Positions 34,083-46,100 of a stretch of DNA of 64,000 nucleotides are shown here, piece after piece. Location of the stretch: NCBI GenBank assembly GCA_035084275.1, contig CM068760.1:62001-126000 (forward strand). Reading direction: 5' to 3'. Position 1 is the first letter of the stretch. Each line of letters starts with the position of its first letter. The notes below the pieces were generated by a model, which saw only the letters and a list, made by a program, of their open reading frames with translations, was not told the DNA's origin and ran no database searches. The DNA is from Hydrolagus colliei. Taxonomy: Eukaryota. The translations under genes and the position numbers were made by a program.

Positions 34083-37000
34083 ACCTCGAGGATTCTCTCC
34101 CCAAATCCCTTTGGAAAAGTACTTTTCATTCCTCACCAAAACCCTCTCAAAAACATATTTCTCGCACCATGCGTTTCATTTGCAGCCTGCTAGGTTGAGT
34201 ATTTGCTTTATTTCAGTGGGCACTTTGCCCACAAAATGCAGTCAATGCACTTTACAGTATATTCTGTGAATCAGTAATGACTTTTGAATAATTTATTGCC
34301 GACCACAGCAATTTAATGGTACAGATGGACCATAATATTGTTCACCAGTAATTGTCTGATACATTCTGGGCAGGCCTACAAATTTTATCTTCATGTGACA
34401 GACAGATTTAATGATCTTTAAATACCAGGGGCTCTCTAACCGGGTGTGTTTCTCAATGAATGGATCAAGGGCAGGATCCAATCCATGATAAATTCACACC
34501 AACAATCTCTTTCAACGGGTGACCTGAAAGGCTCACTTCTTAACAGTTCATTACGTTCTAGGAAGAAAATGAATGGGTTCCTGGCATGGAAAAGATTGAG
34601 AAACAGAAACAAATACTATTCTAACTCAATCTTGTCATATGAATACAGCAGTTTCATAATGGGTTGAGAAATTTGATTACTTCAAAACGCATCATATAAC
34701 AAAGAATAAAGAGTACTCCTTCTGTCACATAACTGATAATCGGATAGCCTGTAACAACTATTAGATAAGATAGCACCATAATCATGGGACATTATTGGGA
34801 ATTCCACATTGTAATCACTTGCCCCGCAAGGCTATGTTTTGTTTATTCAAAGGTACTTCTGTCTAGATCAATACCTGGAGCTTTGACCAGAGCTCCCTGC
34901 ATTCACGGTCACTGTATTCCTTCTCAATCATGTTCAACTGGGTTTCAATCCGTTGACGAGCAAAGAACGTTACCCAGTCACTCTGCCAGTCATTCACCTG
35001 GCAGAAGAAAGATGAAGATTTTAAACAAATCAGTCACAGAAAATAGTCAACGAATAATGCAGTTTGTTGTGAAAGCATCTTACGAAAGTACACTTGATGT
35101 TTTTGTGAGGTAGCATCAAAGATAGAGTCCTGTAGCTTTAAAAAAAATTGGTCACTTCAATCCACGACTGCTTATGGAAGACGACTGCGTTCAATTGTCT
35201 GCTGCATTTCGCTCACAAAATATATAGTCAATTCACTTAACAGTATATTCTGTGAAGCACTTAGAGTTGTCTCCGAGACTTGATAAGGCATTACATAAAA
35301 CGTAAGTATTATTATTATTGCTGCTGTGACAATTCAATTTCAGAGTATAATCACCAGGGGAACAGAACTATATGCATTTGCTACAATTTTATTTCTATGT
35401 ACATAGTTTAAAAAATTCCAATGTGTAGAAATAAGAGAACTATCAAACTTCAGGATGAAGAGAAAATACTTCCAGAAAAATATTGTTAAAAAAGAGGGAG
35501 GAAAGCAGACTGGAAGTTCAAAGCCACGGCGGGCAAGTTCAGGAAAAACACTAAGAAGTTTTGTTCAGGATACACAAAGTTGACAAAGTTGTCAAAGCAG
35601 GTGATAGACTGTTAAAACCAGCTTGATGTTGTTCATGGGAAGAAAATAGAGTTGATATTATAATAATCCTTGCATTAAGAAAGGATTTGAATAAGTATAT
35701 TTGTTACCGTGTGAAAAGCTAATCTATCCCTCGCCTATCACTGTTTAAATACAGTATTTTATAGCAATCATGACATTGCTATTATTTCTTAAAATGCTTT
35801 CAACTTTCTAAATGACATATTCTGCCCTGAATGCTAGAACATGTTTTCAGTCTTCATGTTTGATCTCAGTTTCCCTCTGAACTTCTGCTATCAATAGGAA
35901 GATCAAATGAAACCCAAAGCCAAACAGCTGCAGGAATAAAACTCATCGTTTTTGTGTGGCTTGGCTGCAGATTTCATTTTGAACATTATTGAATTTGACG
36001 TTTTGAGGTAGTTAGTGCATTAATTGGAAAGTAAAACCTGGATGATCCTTCTATCAGAGCTTCGCTCAGTCTGAATCCAACATTCCACAAACCTGAGGCA
36101 CCAAATCCTCTCTCCCAAAGGAGCTGATATTCTGTCTGGAGGGGCATCTGATTCTTCTAAACCTCATGAAAACCACTGGCATAAAAAAATCTGAAAATTC
36201 AAAGCATCTTCACATTGTGTTTAACGATCTCCAAGACATCTGCACTCTCAGCAATATGCCTTCTGATCCTACCTAAGACTTTTTAAAAAAAACATATTGA
36301 ATAGTCATCACATTTCTTCCCTTTTCTATAAATGTCCTTATGTTTGATGAAACAGTTAGAAGTTATTTGAACAAAAGAAAATTCCACAAAATATTTTTTG
36401 GAACTGCAAGCTAATTTCAACATAAGTATTATATTTAGTGAATAGTTCAAGGATTGTTTTTGCAAATGGCTGGTTGGGTGGAGGGACTTTGTGAATACAA
36501 AGTCTCAAACCTGTGTGTTACTTTTATTATCCTATATATATATATATACTGTTTGTATCTACAGAATATAAATATCCTATGTTTATCAACAACAACAAAA
36601 TTAGATTTATACAATGCCTTTCACATTGGGAGGACTTCCTATATATACAATATACTATAATTATGTCAACACACCTAATAATAATCCCTCAAACAACAAT
36701 AACTCAGCACAATGTACATAAGGTATGTTCTGTTCTGTGTGGCTTAATTTTACAACACACAGTGCTTTTACCCATTAGACTCAATAATTGTTCTGCCCAC
36801 ATACGATTTAATGAATATGAACTTCAGGTAGAGAGCTCCAAATTGTAATTTCCTTATTTGTAATTCAATTCTTCAGCAATACGATTTCCCTTGAAAATCT
36901 GCCACTGTTTAAAAAGTAACCGTATCCCTGTGTTTGATTTGAACATCCTGTCCCCTCTCGTTTCTTACGTATTCGTGTTTGTTCCATCGGACAATTTGTC

Positions 37001-40000
37001 AATGCCTCAATAATTTGACAGGGGATGCATACTATCTCCAGCAATGTACACGAGGCATCAGCAGCCTACCTGAGGAAGGTAACCACAGCAGGTAACGACA
37101 TCAAACCCAAATTTATCGATGTACCGGATTTCAGACTGTCCTGCTCCTTTGCCTACCTCGGTTGGAGAGAGAGAGATAATTTTATATCGAAAGCTTTACT
37201 GGCAAAGCTCTGTTGCTATAGTCGTCCAACATTGTTTTTGAAAGTCATATCGTGTACCATCAGGTGCTGCTAAAGGTTTATTTTAATACCAGATTATTTC
37301 ATCTTTACTTGAACAATTCAGGTACATTCTAAAACAATTGTCTAGCGCCTTGTGATTTGCGCAGGAATGTGCGAACAGCATGTCTGAGCAAACTCCAGCT
37401 TCAATTCGTTTTCAGCAGTGATGCAGCCTTTAAAAATGTTCAAATTTCTATATGTGAAAACAATGCTGGGATTTTCCAATTAAATGCATGTTCTAAAATT
37501 TAAGAAACCACAACTTAATATGTGGTTGTGGTTTCCCCATTTCTCAGTCGACTGTTAATATGTTTGTTTTGGTAGGTAAATGTCCCTGGCTTTTCTGGGG
37601 AACCAAAGAAGGAAAATTGGGCACAATAAGTACACTTAGATTTAGATTTTCAGAAAACTAAATGTCCACTACCCAGTTGTGTTCTAAGCAAAGTCATGTT
37701 ACAGCAAGAAGTGTTATAACGAGGTTCCCCGTATTTAGCTGCTGATACCATTGAACGGTACACAATAATTTGCATAGCTTGCTATTGTAAAGCTCTGAAG
37801 TTAGCAGAAACATAAATACTCTACCAACAGTCTGTGCCTCTTTCTTTTGGCTTTCCCTAAGCTTTGCATTGGACAGATGCAGATCTGCCAGTTTCTCTCC
37901 CAAGTCAGGCATGTATCTAGAAGAAAACAATCAGAAGGGACATAACAGTACGTATTTGCAAAGTATTTGAAATGATACAGCTATGAAGAAGTCATTTGGG
38001 AGAGTAATTTCTTGAGGCTAAACCTCAACATGGTAAGAATGGAAGCAAAGGTTGTGTAGGGCAAGATGAAGGGGTCTGAAGGTGAGACTGAAGATCCTGA
38101 ATTTGATTTGCTGGAGCATGGGGAGGATAGGCTCCCGGAGGCTGGTGCAGGAGAGGATATAAGCTTTAGAGATGTGGATAGGGAAAGGATAAAGGTGAGA
38201 GAAAGCTGAGCGAGTAAGAGCATGGATATGGGGTTTGAAGGGAAGTCAAACAGGTCACCAAGGTTCCACACTGGCTCCATGAGCTGGAGAGCCGAACCAC
38301 ACAGATTGATGTTGGCGGGAGCTAAGCAGGAAAGCTTTGGTCTATGTTTAACTGAAGAAACTTAGGGCTGGGAGAAAAAAACTGTTAAAAAGACAAAGTG
38401 GAGATACTAGAATTGATGGGAGTGAAACCAGGATAGATAGGAGAACTGCGAATATGGAGCAGAGAAGGATAGTGGTCAACAGTGTTGAATGCAACAGAGA
38501 TTGAGGAGACAAAGAGAGCCCTGGTCAGAAATGGAGAGAATGCAAGAAGCAACTTTGACCAGGGGAGTCTCTGTGCTGTGAACTGGAGAAGCTAATGCAT
38601 GGAGTGCTAGGAAAGAGTGAGTTATTTGTGTTCAAACCCATGAAAAAAAACAAGCAATTAAAAAAAACAGGGTTTTTATCCCATCATATTTCTAAGCAAT
38701 GATTTGATGAGGCATTTTGTTTTTTATACTTACTTGCTAAGGCTGGTCATATCTAAATACTCCATCACTAGCATTGATCCACCATCAGGGAGGTCAATCA
38801 CTTTAATTGGCTTCGGCACCTTCACTGTCTTGGTTTTCAAGATTGCATCCAAACTTGCTAATTCACCATCAAACATTCTTCTGGCCTGTTGGGAAACATA
38901 TCGAGAGTGTGATGGTCAACAGTGTAAAAGGAGAGGTTAGTAATGTTTAGTAGGAATGTGTTAATACAAGCTACCAGTGAAACCAAGGCAGTTATAACAT
39001 TTTTAAATGAATTTGATGAATAAATGAGGTTTTGAAGGGTTTGATTAGAGGAGCTTGGATGAGGTAGACCCAATGGACCAAATGGGCTGAAATTTCCACA
39101 TATATCACCTCTTTTAAATCACTCTTAACCCCCCTGCTCCCATCCAGGAAAGCATAGATCTAACATCATTGTGAAGTCTATTTGTGCTGCTCTAAGACTA
39201 GCTGACGCGCAGGTTTAGAAATCTGACCCGCTGACCCCCGATCAACCTGTCCATTCCCTCCCCACGCGTTCCAAAGCGTAGGGGCAGAGAGGCTGAAAGT
39301 CTGGCCACCTATGGTAGGGCAGGTCAGAGGCGTGGTGAGACATGGAGCAGGCCAGAGTCTGCTGAACAGAGGGAGCGGACAAGTTGATAGGGGGTCCCAA
39401 GATGTGAAAGACGCTATACAAATGTAATTTGGTTATTGTTGTACTGCAAAATGGACTGACGGGGTATTTTTTTTAGTGTCCATAACACGCAGCCGATTGC
39501 ACACGGCAGTGTTCCACAAACAAGCGTGGTCTAAATGACCAAATTATTTTGGTTTCAAAAAAACATTTTTTTAAAGGGTTATTACTAAACATTATAAACT
39601 CTAAATAAACCCATAAGACACTGTGCATTGTGCTTAATAATACCAACTTCTGAATGATACAACAATGTAAGCATGATTTGGTGAGAGTTTAGATCTTGTT
39701 TCACTGACACAGCTACTCTGTGTTAGCTACATAAATTATGTGCAACACTGGCAACATTCTGTGTGACGAGATGTTGAGTGACATATTAACTGTAGAATTA
39801 CATGACTTCCTGCAGTTACAGAATGTTCTGGGTATTTATAGTTCTGATAAATGAATTTACAATTAGAAGCCAAGAATAACTGCGTGCGACAGCGACAAGC
39901 AGCTTAAAGTGCTTACTTGGTATTCGCAACTATTTGTGTAATGCTTGTGACTATAATATAGAACACGGTGCATACGTATGTAGAAAACAGAAGACAGGGA

Positions 40001-41981
40001 AATGTGCTGAACATCATGTATATGGAATAAAGAGCTACTCAGGCCACTTTTCCCAGTTAACAGATGGCATACAATTTGCCCCATCGTGAACTTTTCCCAA
40101 CCACTTCACCAGGAGGGAAGCAATCAAGAAATGGTATATATCCAAGATGATAAATCCCTGTGAAATTTCTTCTCAACCCTGAAAAATCTATTAACTCCAA
40201 AATATTAACAGTCTACATCCCTCAGGTAACTCAGCTACGCGTTTTGCAATGACAGGAACCAGCTTCTGCATTTGTCTTCACTGCATTAATTGTTATCTTT
40301 ACATATACACACTGCCTACTTTTTGATTACTACTACTTTCAATACAATTTATAGCTGTTGCATTACCAGATTCTAGTATTGTTTGTTTTTGATGCAAATA
40401 CAAAAGAGTAAAAAAAGAACATTTATATTTTTTAAAAAGCACAATGAAAATTTCTTTCAAATTAGAGGAACCCTGATTGTGTGCATTTTTTACAGTACAT
40501 CTTCGCCCAACTCCACTGGCTCCCCATCAGCCAAAGGATCCAATTAAAGATCATAGACCTCACATTTAAAGCCCTCCACAACCTTGCCCCATCCTACATC
40601 TGTGATCTCCTATCCCCTTACCAACCTGCCAGCCCCCTCCGCTCAGCAGGCCTGCTCCACGTCCCCCAACCCACCACCCCACCATTGGTGGGCGAGCCTT
40701 CAGCCCCCAACCTCTGGGGAATCCGAAGCTCGGGTCTGAAACATTAACTGTCTGTGCAAGTATTTACAAGTGTAATTTTGCTGTTGTTGTTGTATATTTT
40801 GTGAAGCACTTCAAGGCACCTCAACATTATCAGCACCACATCAAACACAAGGATTATTATTCTTATGTATCAACATTCAACACCTCGGATGTCATCCCAA
40901 CGTGAAAGGTGCCGTACAAATGTTTTTGAATTGTTTCTGATCTACACAAGTTATTATTATTCATCAATGATAAATTACCTGTGGTGGGGAAGGGGTGTGG
41001 GTAGAGGAGAGGGAAAGAATGCGGGGGGGGGGGGAAGTGAGTGACAGAAGAGAAAGCAGAGAGGACATAAGTATGTGTGGCTGCGGGGAGAGTAAGTGTG
41101 TTTGGGGGTGGAGTAAGAGTGTGTGTATGCGGTGGGAGAGACTTTGTGTGTCTAGAGGGGGGAAAGAGTAAGTGTGTGGTTCAATTCAAGATCCTGGTCC
41201 TCACCTTTGTAGCCCCCCTTGACTTTGCCCCACTCTACTTCTGCGCACCTCCTCCTAACCCCCTGCCCACCTATTCGCTCCCTCCTCAGCCTGCTCTCGT
41301 CTCCGCACCACCCGCCCCATCGTCAGCGGGCGAGCCTTCGGCCAATCTCTGGGACTCCCGCCCGCAATCCCTCCACCTCACCCCTTCCCTCGCCTGCCTC
41401 AGAACCCTCCTCTTCGATGGTCCCATCTCCTCCTCGCCCCCCCACCCTCCCCTTTGCCTGCTCCGGTCTGAAACACTGTCTGTCCACATTGCCTTGAGAC
41501 ATCTCCCCTATACAGGTGTAATGTTGTTTTCTGTGTAGTGGTCGGGGGGACAGCAAATGTGTGTGTGGGGGGGGGGGGGGGGGGGAGTGTACGTTGGGGG
41601 AGGGGGGGGTGGGCTGTAAGAGTTAAGGGGGGTAAGAGTATGTGTGTGGGGGGAGAATGTGTGGAGTTGCAGAATGTGTGGGGCGCAGTGTGTGAGGGGT
41701 GGTGTGAGTGTGTGCGTGTGTGTGTGGGGGGGAGTGTGTGCGTGTGTGTGTGGGGGGGGGGGGGGGGGGAGTGTGTGCGTGAGGGAGTGTGTGTGTCGGG
41801 GGGGCAGGGTTACAAACCAATGAACAGGAACCTCATTCACCTGGCTTTTGTGATTGACTTTGACAAACACCTGCCCCGAGTCGGTCTGGTAGCCCTGGCC
41901 TTGGCTGATGCAGCCGCCGCCTCCGTGGCCGATCGGCCGCAGCTCCGCCGTGTGCAGCTCCCGCCTCAGCGCGGCCTCCAT
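33927..41981 (-). CDS. FN3KRP: Fructosamine-3-kinase-related protein (ketosamine-3-kinase); exons 1-5 intact, last exon 5'-truncated (possible pseudogene or assembly defect)
   Basis: Exons of 141,152,92,83,123 nt with [52 protein letters not shown]; C-terminal [19 protein letters not shown]; head-to-head with RAB40B as in human. Confidence 0.85.
34875..34997 (-). CDS. FN3KRP: FN3KRP exon 5 ([41 protein letters not shown])
   Basis: 123 nt; CTTCTGCCAG acceptor, CAG|GTATTG donor. Confidence 0.9.
37070..37152 (-). CDS. FN3KRP: FN3KRP exon 4 ([27 protein letters not shown])
   Basis: 83 nt; TAG acceptor, CAG|GTAGGC donor. Confidence 0.9.
37825..37916 (-). CDS. FN3KRP: FN3KRP exon 3 ([30 protein letters not shown])
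   Basis: 92 nt; TTTTCTTCTAG acceptor, TTG|GTAGAG donor. Confidence 0.88.
38000..38610 (-). mobile_element. Degenerate L2 LINE internal fragment
   Basis: Purine-rich plus strand with GGTCAACAGTGTTGAATGCAACAGAGATTGAGGAG (minus-strand [21 protein letters not shown]-like RT remnant). Confidence 0.55.
38734..38885 (-). CDS. FN3KRP: FN3KRP exon 2 ([50 protein letters not shown])
   Basis: 152 nt; AACAG acceptor, CAA|GTAAGT donor. Confidence 0.92.
40495..40792 (+). mobile_element. L2 LINE 3' fragment
   Basis: [34 protein letters not shown]; (TTG)n tail. Confidence 0.8.
41175..41530 (+). mobile_element. L2 LINE 3' fragment
   Basis: [10 protein letters not shown]...FAPLY; LWDS; LLFDG; L2-like tail. 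Confidence 0.7.
41545..41810. repeat. G/GT-rich low-complexity tract in FN3KRP intron 1
   Basis: Long G runs interleaved with (GT)n. Confidence 0.85.
41841..41981 (-). CDS. FN3KRP: FN3KRP exon 1 ([47 protein letters not shown])
   Basis: ATG 41981; 141 nt; CAG|GTGAAT donor. Confidence 0.93.
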
Positions 41982-43047
41982 CACCCCCCTCACCCTCACC
42001 CCCCGGTCACCGCAGCCCAACTGCCCTCAGCTCAGGTCACCTCACTACACACACGCTGAGATCAGTAAACACACATTTCTTTTCTATTCACACAAAAGTG
42101 AAGACTAATGTCCCGCCTGTTAGAGGCTGTGACTGTAACTTTGATCCGAAGCGACTCCGGGTGGCGGGAGGGGGGGGGGAGTGGGAGTGGGGGGGGAGGC
42201 TTTTATTTTCAAAAAAATCGAGCGCTTGGAATGACCGAGAACAAGCCGCGGTGGGTGCCGGGAGCTGGAGTCCTCACTCGCGGCGGGTGCCGCTGTCAGA
42301 CTGGAAGACAGAACTACATCTCCCACAATGCATGCATCGCTCTGAATGGGTGGTGGGGAGCGCGGGCGGGATGTAAACAATCCAGCGCCAGCACGACGCT
42401 CGATGGTGGGGAAGGAGCAATTGATTGACGGTTCAGATATCCAATCAGCGATGAGGCCTGGGGTGAAAGGTGGAGTATTGAATGATTGATGGGGAGATTG
42501 TCCAATTGGCTGCTGCACTCTGGCACACTGCAGTCCGCCCCCCTGCAGCTCTGTCCAATGGAAGAGAGAAGGGGCGGGCCCTGAGCTGGAGCTGCGTTCG
42601 CGGGGCGGCCTCGAAGAGAGAGACGAAGACTGTGGAGGAGGGTTAGAGAGAGAGAGTGAGGGAGGCAGGGAGACCGGGGAGGGGGGAAGCGACTGTGAAA
42701 TGGCTTCTTGTTTTTTTTAACAAACCAAATTAGCTTCGAACATACCCGTTGGCGGGAGGGAGAGAGAGAGAGAGAGAGAGATCGTGTTGGAAAGTCTCCA
42801 TGTAGTTGCTGTCTCGGAGGCTTTTTTTAAATTTCTCGGGCGGCGATAAGAGAGAAGTCTTTTCTGAGGAGAATGTGTGAGGAGGGTTTGGGCCGGAGCT
42901 GATTGATTGATTGATGATCGCGGTGTCTGTCAGTCGGACGCGGGACTTGCTGTAACTTGTTTGATGAATATTTACCTGTTCAACGAGAAGCATCGCCTGG
43001 CGCCTGGAGCCGGAGCTGGGAGATGGCGGCCCGCAGCCCCTGAGAGG
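41982..43047. promoter_or_regulatory. CpG-island bidirectional promoter and 5' UTRs of FN3KRP/RAB40B
   Basis: Divergent genes 1.07 kb apart; CCAAT at ~42441, 42503, 42556; GC boxes ~42535, 42571. Confidence 0.85.
42313..42333 (+). promoter_or_regulatory. ZNF143/THAP11 (SBS) motif
   Basis: ACTACATCTCCCACAATGCAT fits the ACTACAnnTCCCAnAATGCA consensus enriched in bidirectional promoters. Confidence 0.75.
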
Positions 43048-43189
43048 ATGAGTAACAAAGGCAGCCCGGTGAAGGCTTACGATTTCCTGCTGAAATTCCT
43101 GCTGGTTGGGGACAGCGATGTGGGTAAAGGCGAGATCCTGGCCAGTCTCCAGGATGGAGCTACCGAATCCCCCTATGGCTATAACATGG
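43048..43189 (+). CDS. RAB40B: RAB40B exon 1
   Basis: [31 protein letters not shown]...; 142 nt; TGG|GTGAGT donor. Confidence 0.94.
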
Positions 43190-46100
43190 GTGAGTGAGTG
43201 AGTGAGTGAGTGAGTGAAACAACACATGGCAGGGAGCTCTCGCTCTCTCTTTCTCACTCACTCCTTTCTTTGGAGCTCAGTGGGTTAGAGCCACTCGCCT
43301 TACAAGCGTGAGGAGAGACCTGAGTTCGAATCCAGTCAGGTCAGGGCAAGTTTCCTCACTCCACACACACACACAAGCCTAATGATAATCTTGTCAAAAA
43401 AAACCACAATAATAAAATTGGTAATTTCAACCCACGACTGTGTGTGTGGGGGGGAGGGGGGGAGGGGGGTGGGGGTGTGGACGCTGCTGTGCGCAATTGG
43501 CTGCCGCGTTTCGCCCACAAATATATATTCGATTCACTTTACTGTATATTCTGTGAAGCGTTTTGAGACGCCTAGAAGATGTGAAAAGCGCTATATCATA
43601 TGCCAGGATTATTATTATTACATTAGGTGTACAAATGAAAGAATAAATGTGAATGTTGGAAATCCACAGTTTGTCAATCAAGACCCGACTTGTGTGTATA
43701 TATATGTGTACAGATATATATATATATAATTTCGCCCACATATACAGTCAATTCACCTTGCAGTGTATTCTGTGAAGCACTTTGAGATAATGTCTGGAGG
43801 ATGTGAAAAGCGCTATATCAAATGCAAGGATTATTGTTAAGAAAGAAGAAAAACAAAAGGGCTAACCTTTCAGATGTGACCTTCCACCTAAATGTCATTC
43901 ATACTTGAAACATACACCAACAACCAACAACAACTAAATTGCACTTATATAGCGCCTTTCACGTCGGGAGGACGTCCCAAAGCTCACCAGCTTAATCCAA
44001 ATATCACACACACTTGGATGCCCAAGATTTCTGTGCCTTTTTTTGTTTTTGCATCAAGAACCAGAATTACTTTGTGTGGAGATAATTACTAATTGAGCAA
44101 ATAAATGAAGGAAACGCAGAAGTGCAAAATGTGAAGGGTTCTTCAAGCGAATCTGCTTACTTATTGAAGTAGGTTGGGAAATCTAGTACTTCTATTAATC
44201 AAGCATAAAGTATAGTATTATGCAGTAATTTATGTCACATGTGCACTAATTAATTCCCGTGCAGGGATAAACTCTGGAAACCGTCATACTGTTGCATTTT
44301 AATTTGACCTAACCTAAGAAAATTTGATGTTTTATGGTGATTCATTTTAGTTGCATCTGGAGCTGTTTGTATTTTATTGTGGTGGCTATACCATTTTTAC
44401 ACTCGTATCATGAAGCAAAAACAGTTTCAGTATTGTTTGCCCAATGGCTGTTGTCATTTTTAATATGCTGGTGTCAGACTTTCAGCTCTTTAGAATAGAG
44501 CTCCACTCAAAATTCCTGTTTTGGAAATCAAAGGAGGAAGGAAATGCATAACAATGGAAGTCCACACCTTGGTGTTACTGAGAGATTACAGGAGGAATAG
44601 GTTTATTTCAGGAACACAGTTTGAATACTACAATATTGAACAATATATAGATTGCCTATAAAATAATTTCATTGTGCTTTACAGTAAATCATGCTCTAGA
44701 TATGAAAGTTCCAATATCAAATGCGATTATTATTTATACATGTGATTTTTATTTTGTTGAAAATTGCATTTTGAATGTTTTTGAACTGTGGTCAGTTTAT
44801 CTCAGGAATTGTGCTATACAAATAGCTTGTTGCGATAAGTCTAGACTTCAAACCTTTTATGGTGACAAACATATTGAATACTTCACAAAGTTTTACATAA
44901 AAATAACAAAAACACTTATTCTGTGTTATTGCGTTGGATAATCCCCTTTCTCCTTAGAGATTGGAATTTTGATACTCTGAAGCTGATCTAAAGTAGTGAA
45001 GTTTTTTTTTAATGTAATTACTTGTTAGATGAAATTAGACTATTTGGGCTTCATTTTATCTTATGAATTAAATAAAGAAATATGGGCAAGATTACAGTTA
45101 CTGTTATATAATTTTCAATTTGTGTAATCAAGCTTGTCTATAAAATAATAATCCTTGGAATCGGTATAACGCGTTTGGAACATCTCAAAGTGCTTCAGAA
45201 TATAATGTAAAGTGACAACAAAACCAGAAATCGCTGGGTACAACCAGCAGGTCAGGCAGCATCTATGGAGAAAGGAAAAGTGAGTCAACATTTCATATCC
45301 ACGACGGGAGGGAGAGGCTTTTAAGGAGTGACAGAGAGGGAGAGGCAGGGCAAGGAAGACAAAGGAGAAAATGGGGTAAAGGGCAGGAGATGATGATGTT
45401 AATGTTGTGAAACAAAAGGGAATTGCAACAAAACTGAAGAAAAGAGGTGTTAATAACATTACATAATGTAAAGTGAATTTCCTGTATATTTAGTGGGCAA
45501 AACATTGTCTATTCTACACAATTTTAAATGTACTTTTGCCAATGTCAAAGCAGGTTGGACGCACTAATGAACATTAATGGCTGAGGCACAAATTAAAAAG
45601 TTTGTTTTTTTAAATTTGACTGTAAAGTGTAACATATAATTTTTATGGGTTTGGGCTTTACCAGCTTTGGTTTCTTTTGTTGTAAGTGTAGCATTTCAGA
45701 ATCCAGGGATAATCTGAATTATCACAACCCCTGTCACTCTGCTTCATCGAAGGTACTACTAATGAAAGAAGAACCAAGGTTAATTTGCAGTAAAAAGGCA
45801 AACTATAACGTGTTTAAGGTGTGGGACTTTGTGATTTTTAAATTGTTGAAAATTATTGCTCCCAATATTTTACTGTGCATTGGTGTTTCTATCTATTTGT
45901 GAGTGATGCTGAATTTATTGTATTGTTTAAGCGTGGAGGCCTGCAGCTCAATGATTAGAGTACTCCCCTTGCAATAACAACAACAAAATTACATTTATAG
46001 AGCGCCGTTCACGTCGGGAGGACATCCCAAGACGTTGGACAGTCAGGGCACAGGAACCAAGCAAGGGGAAGGAGCAGGGTAGAGGGGAGGGGATGGAGAG

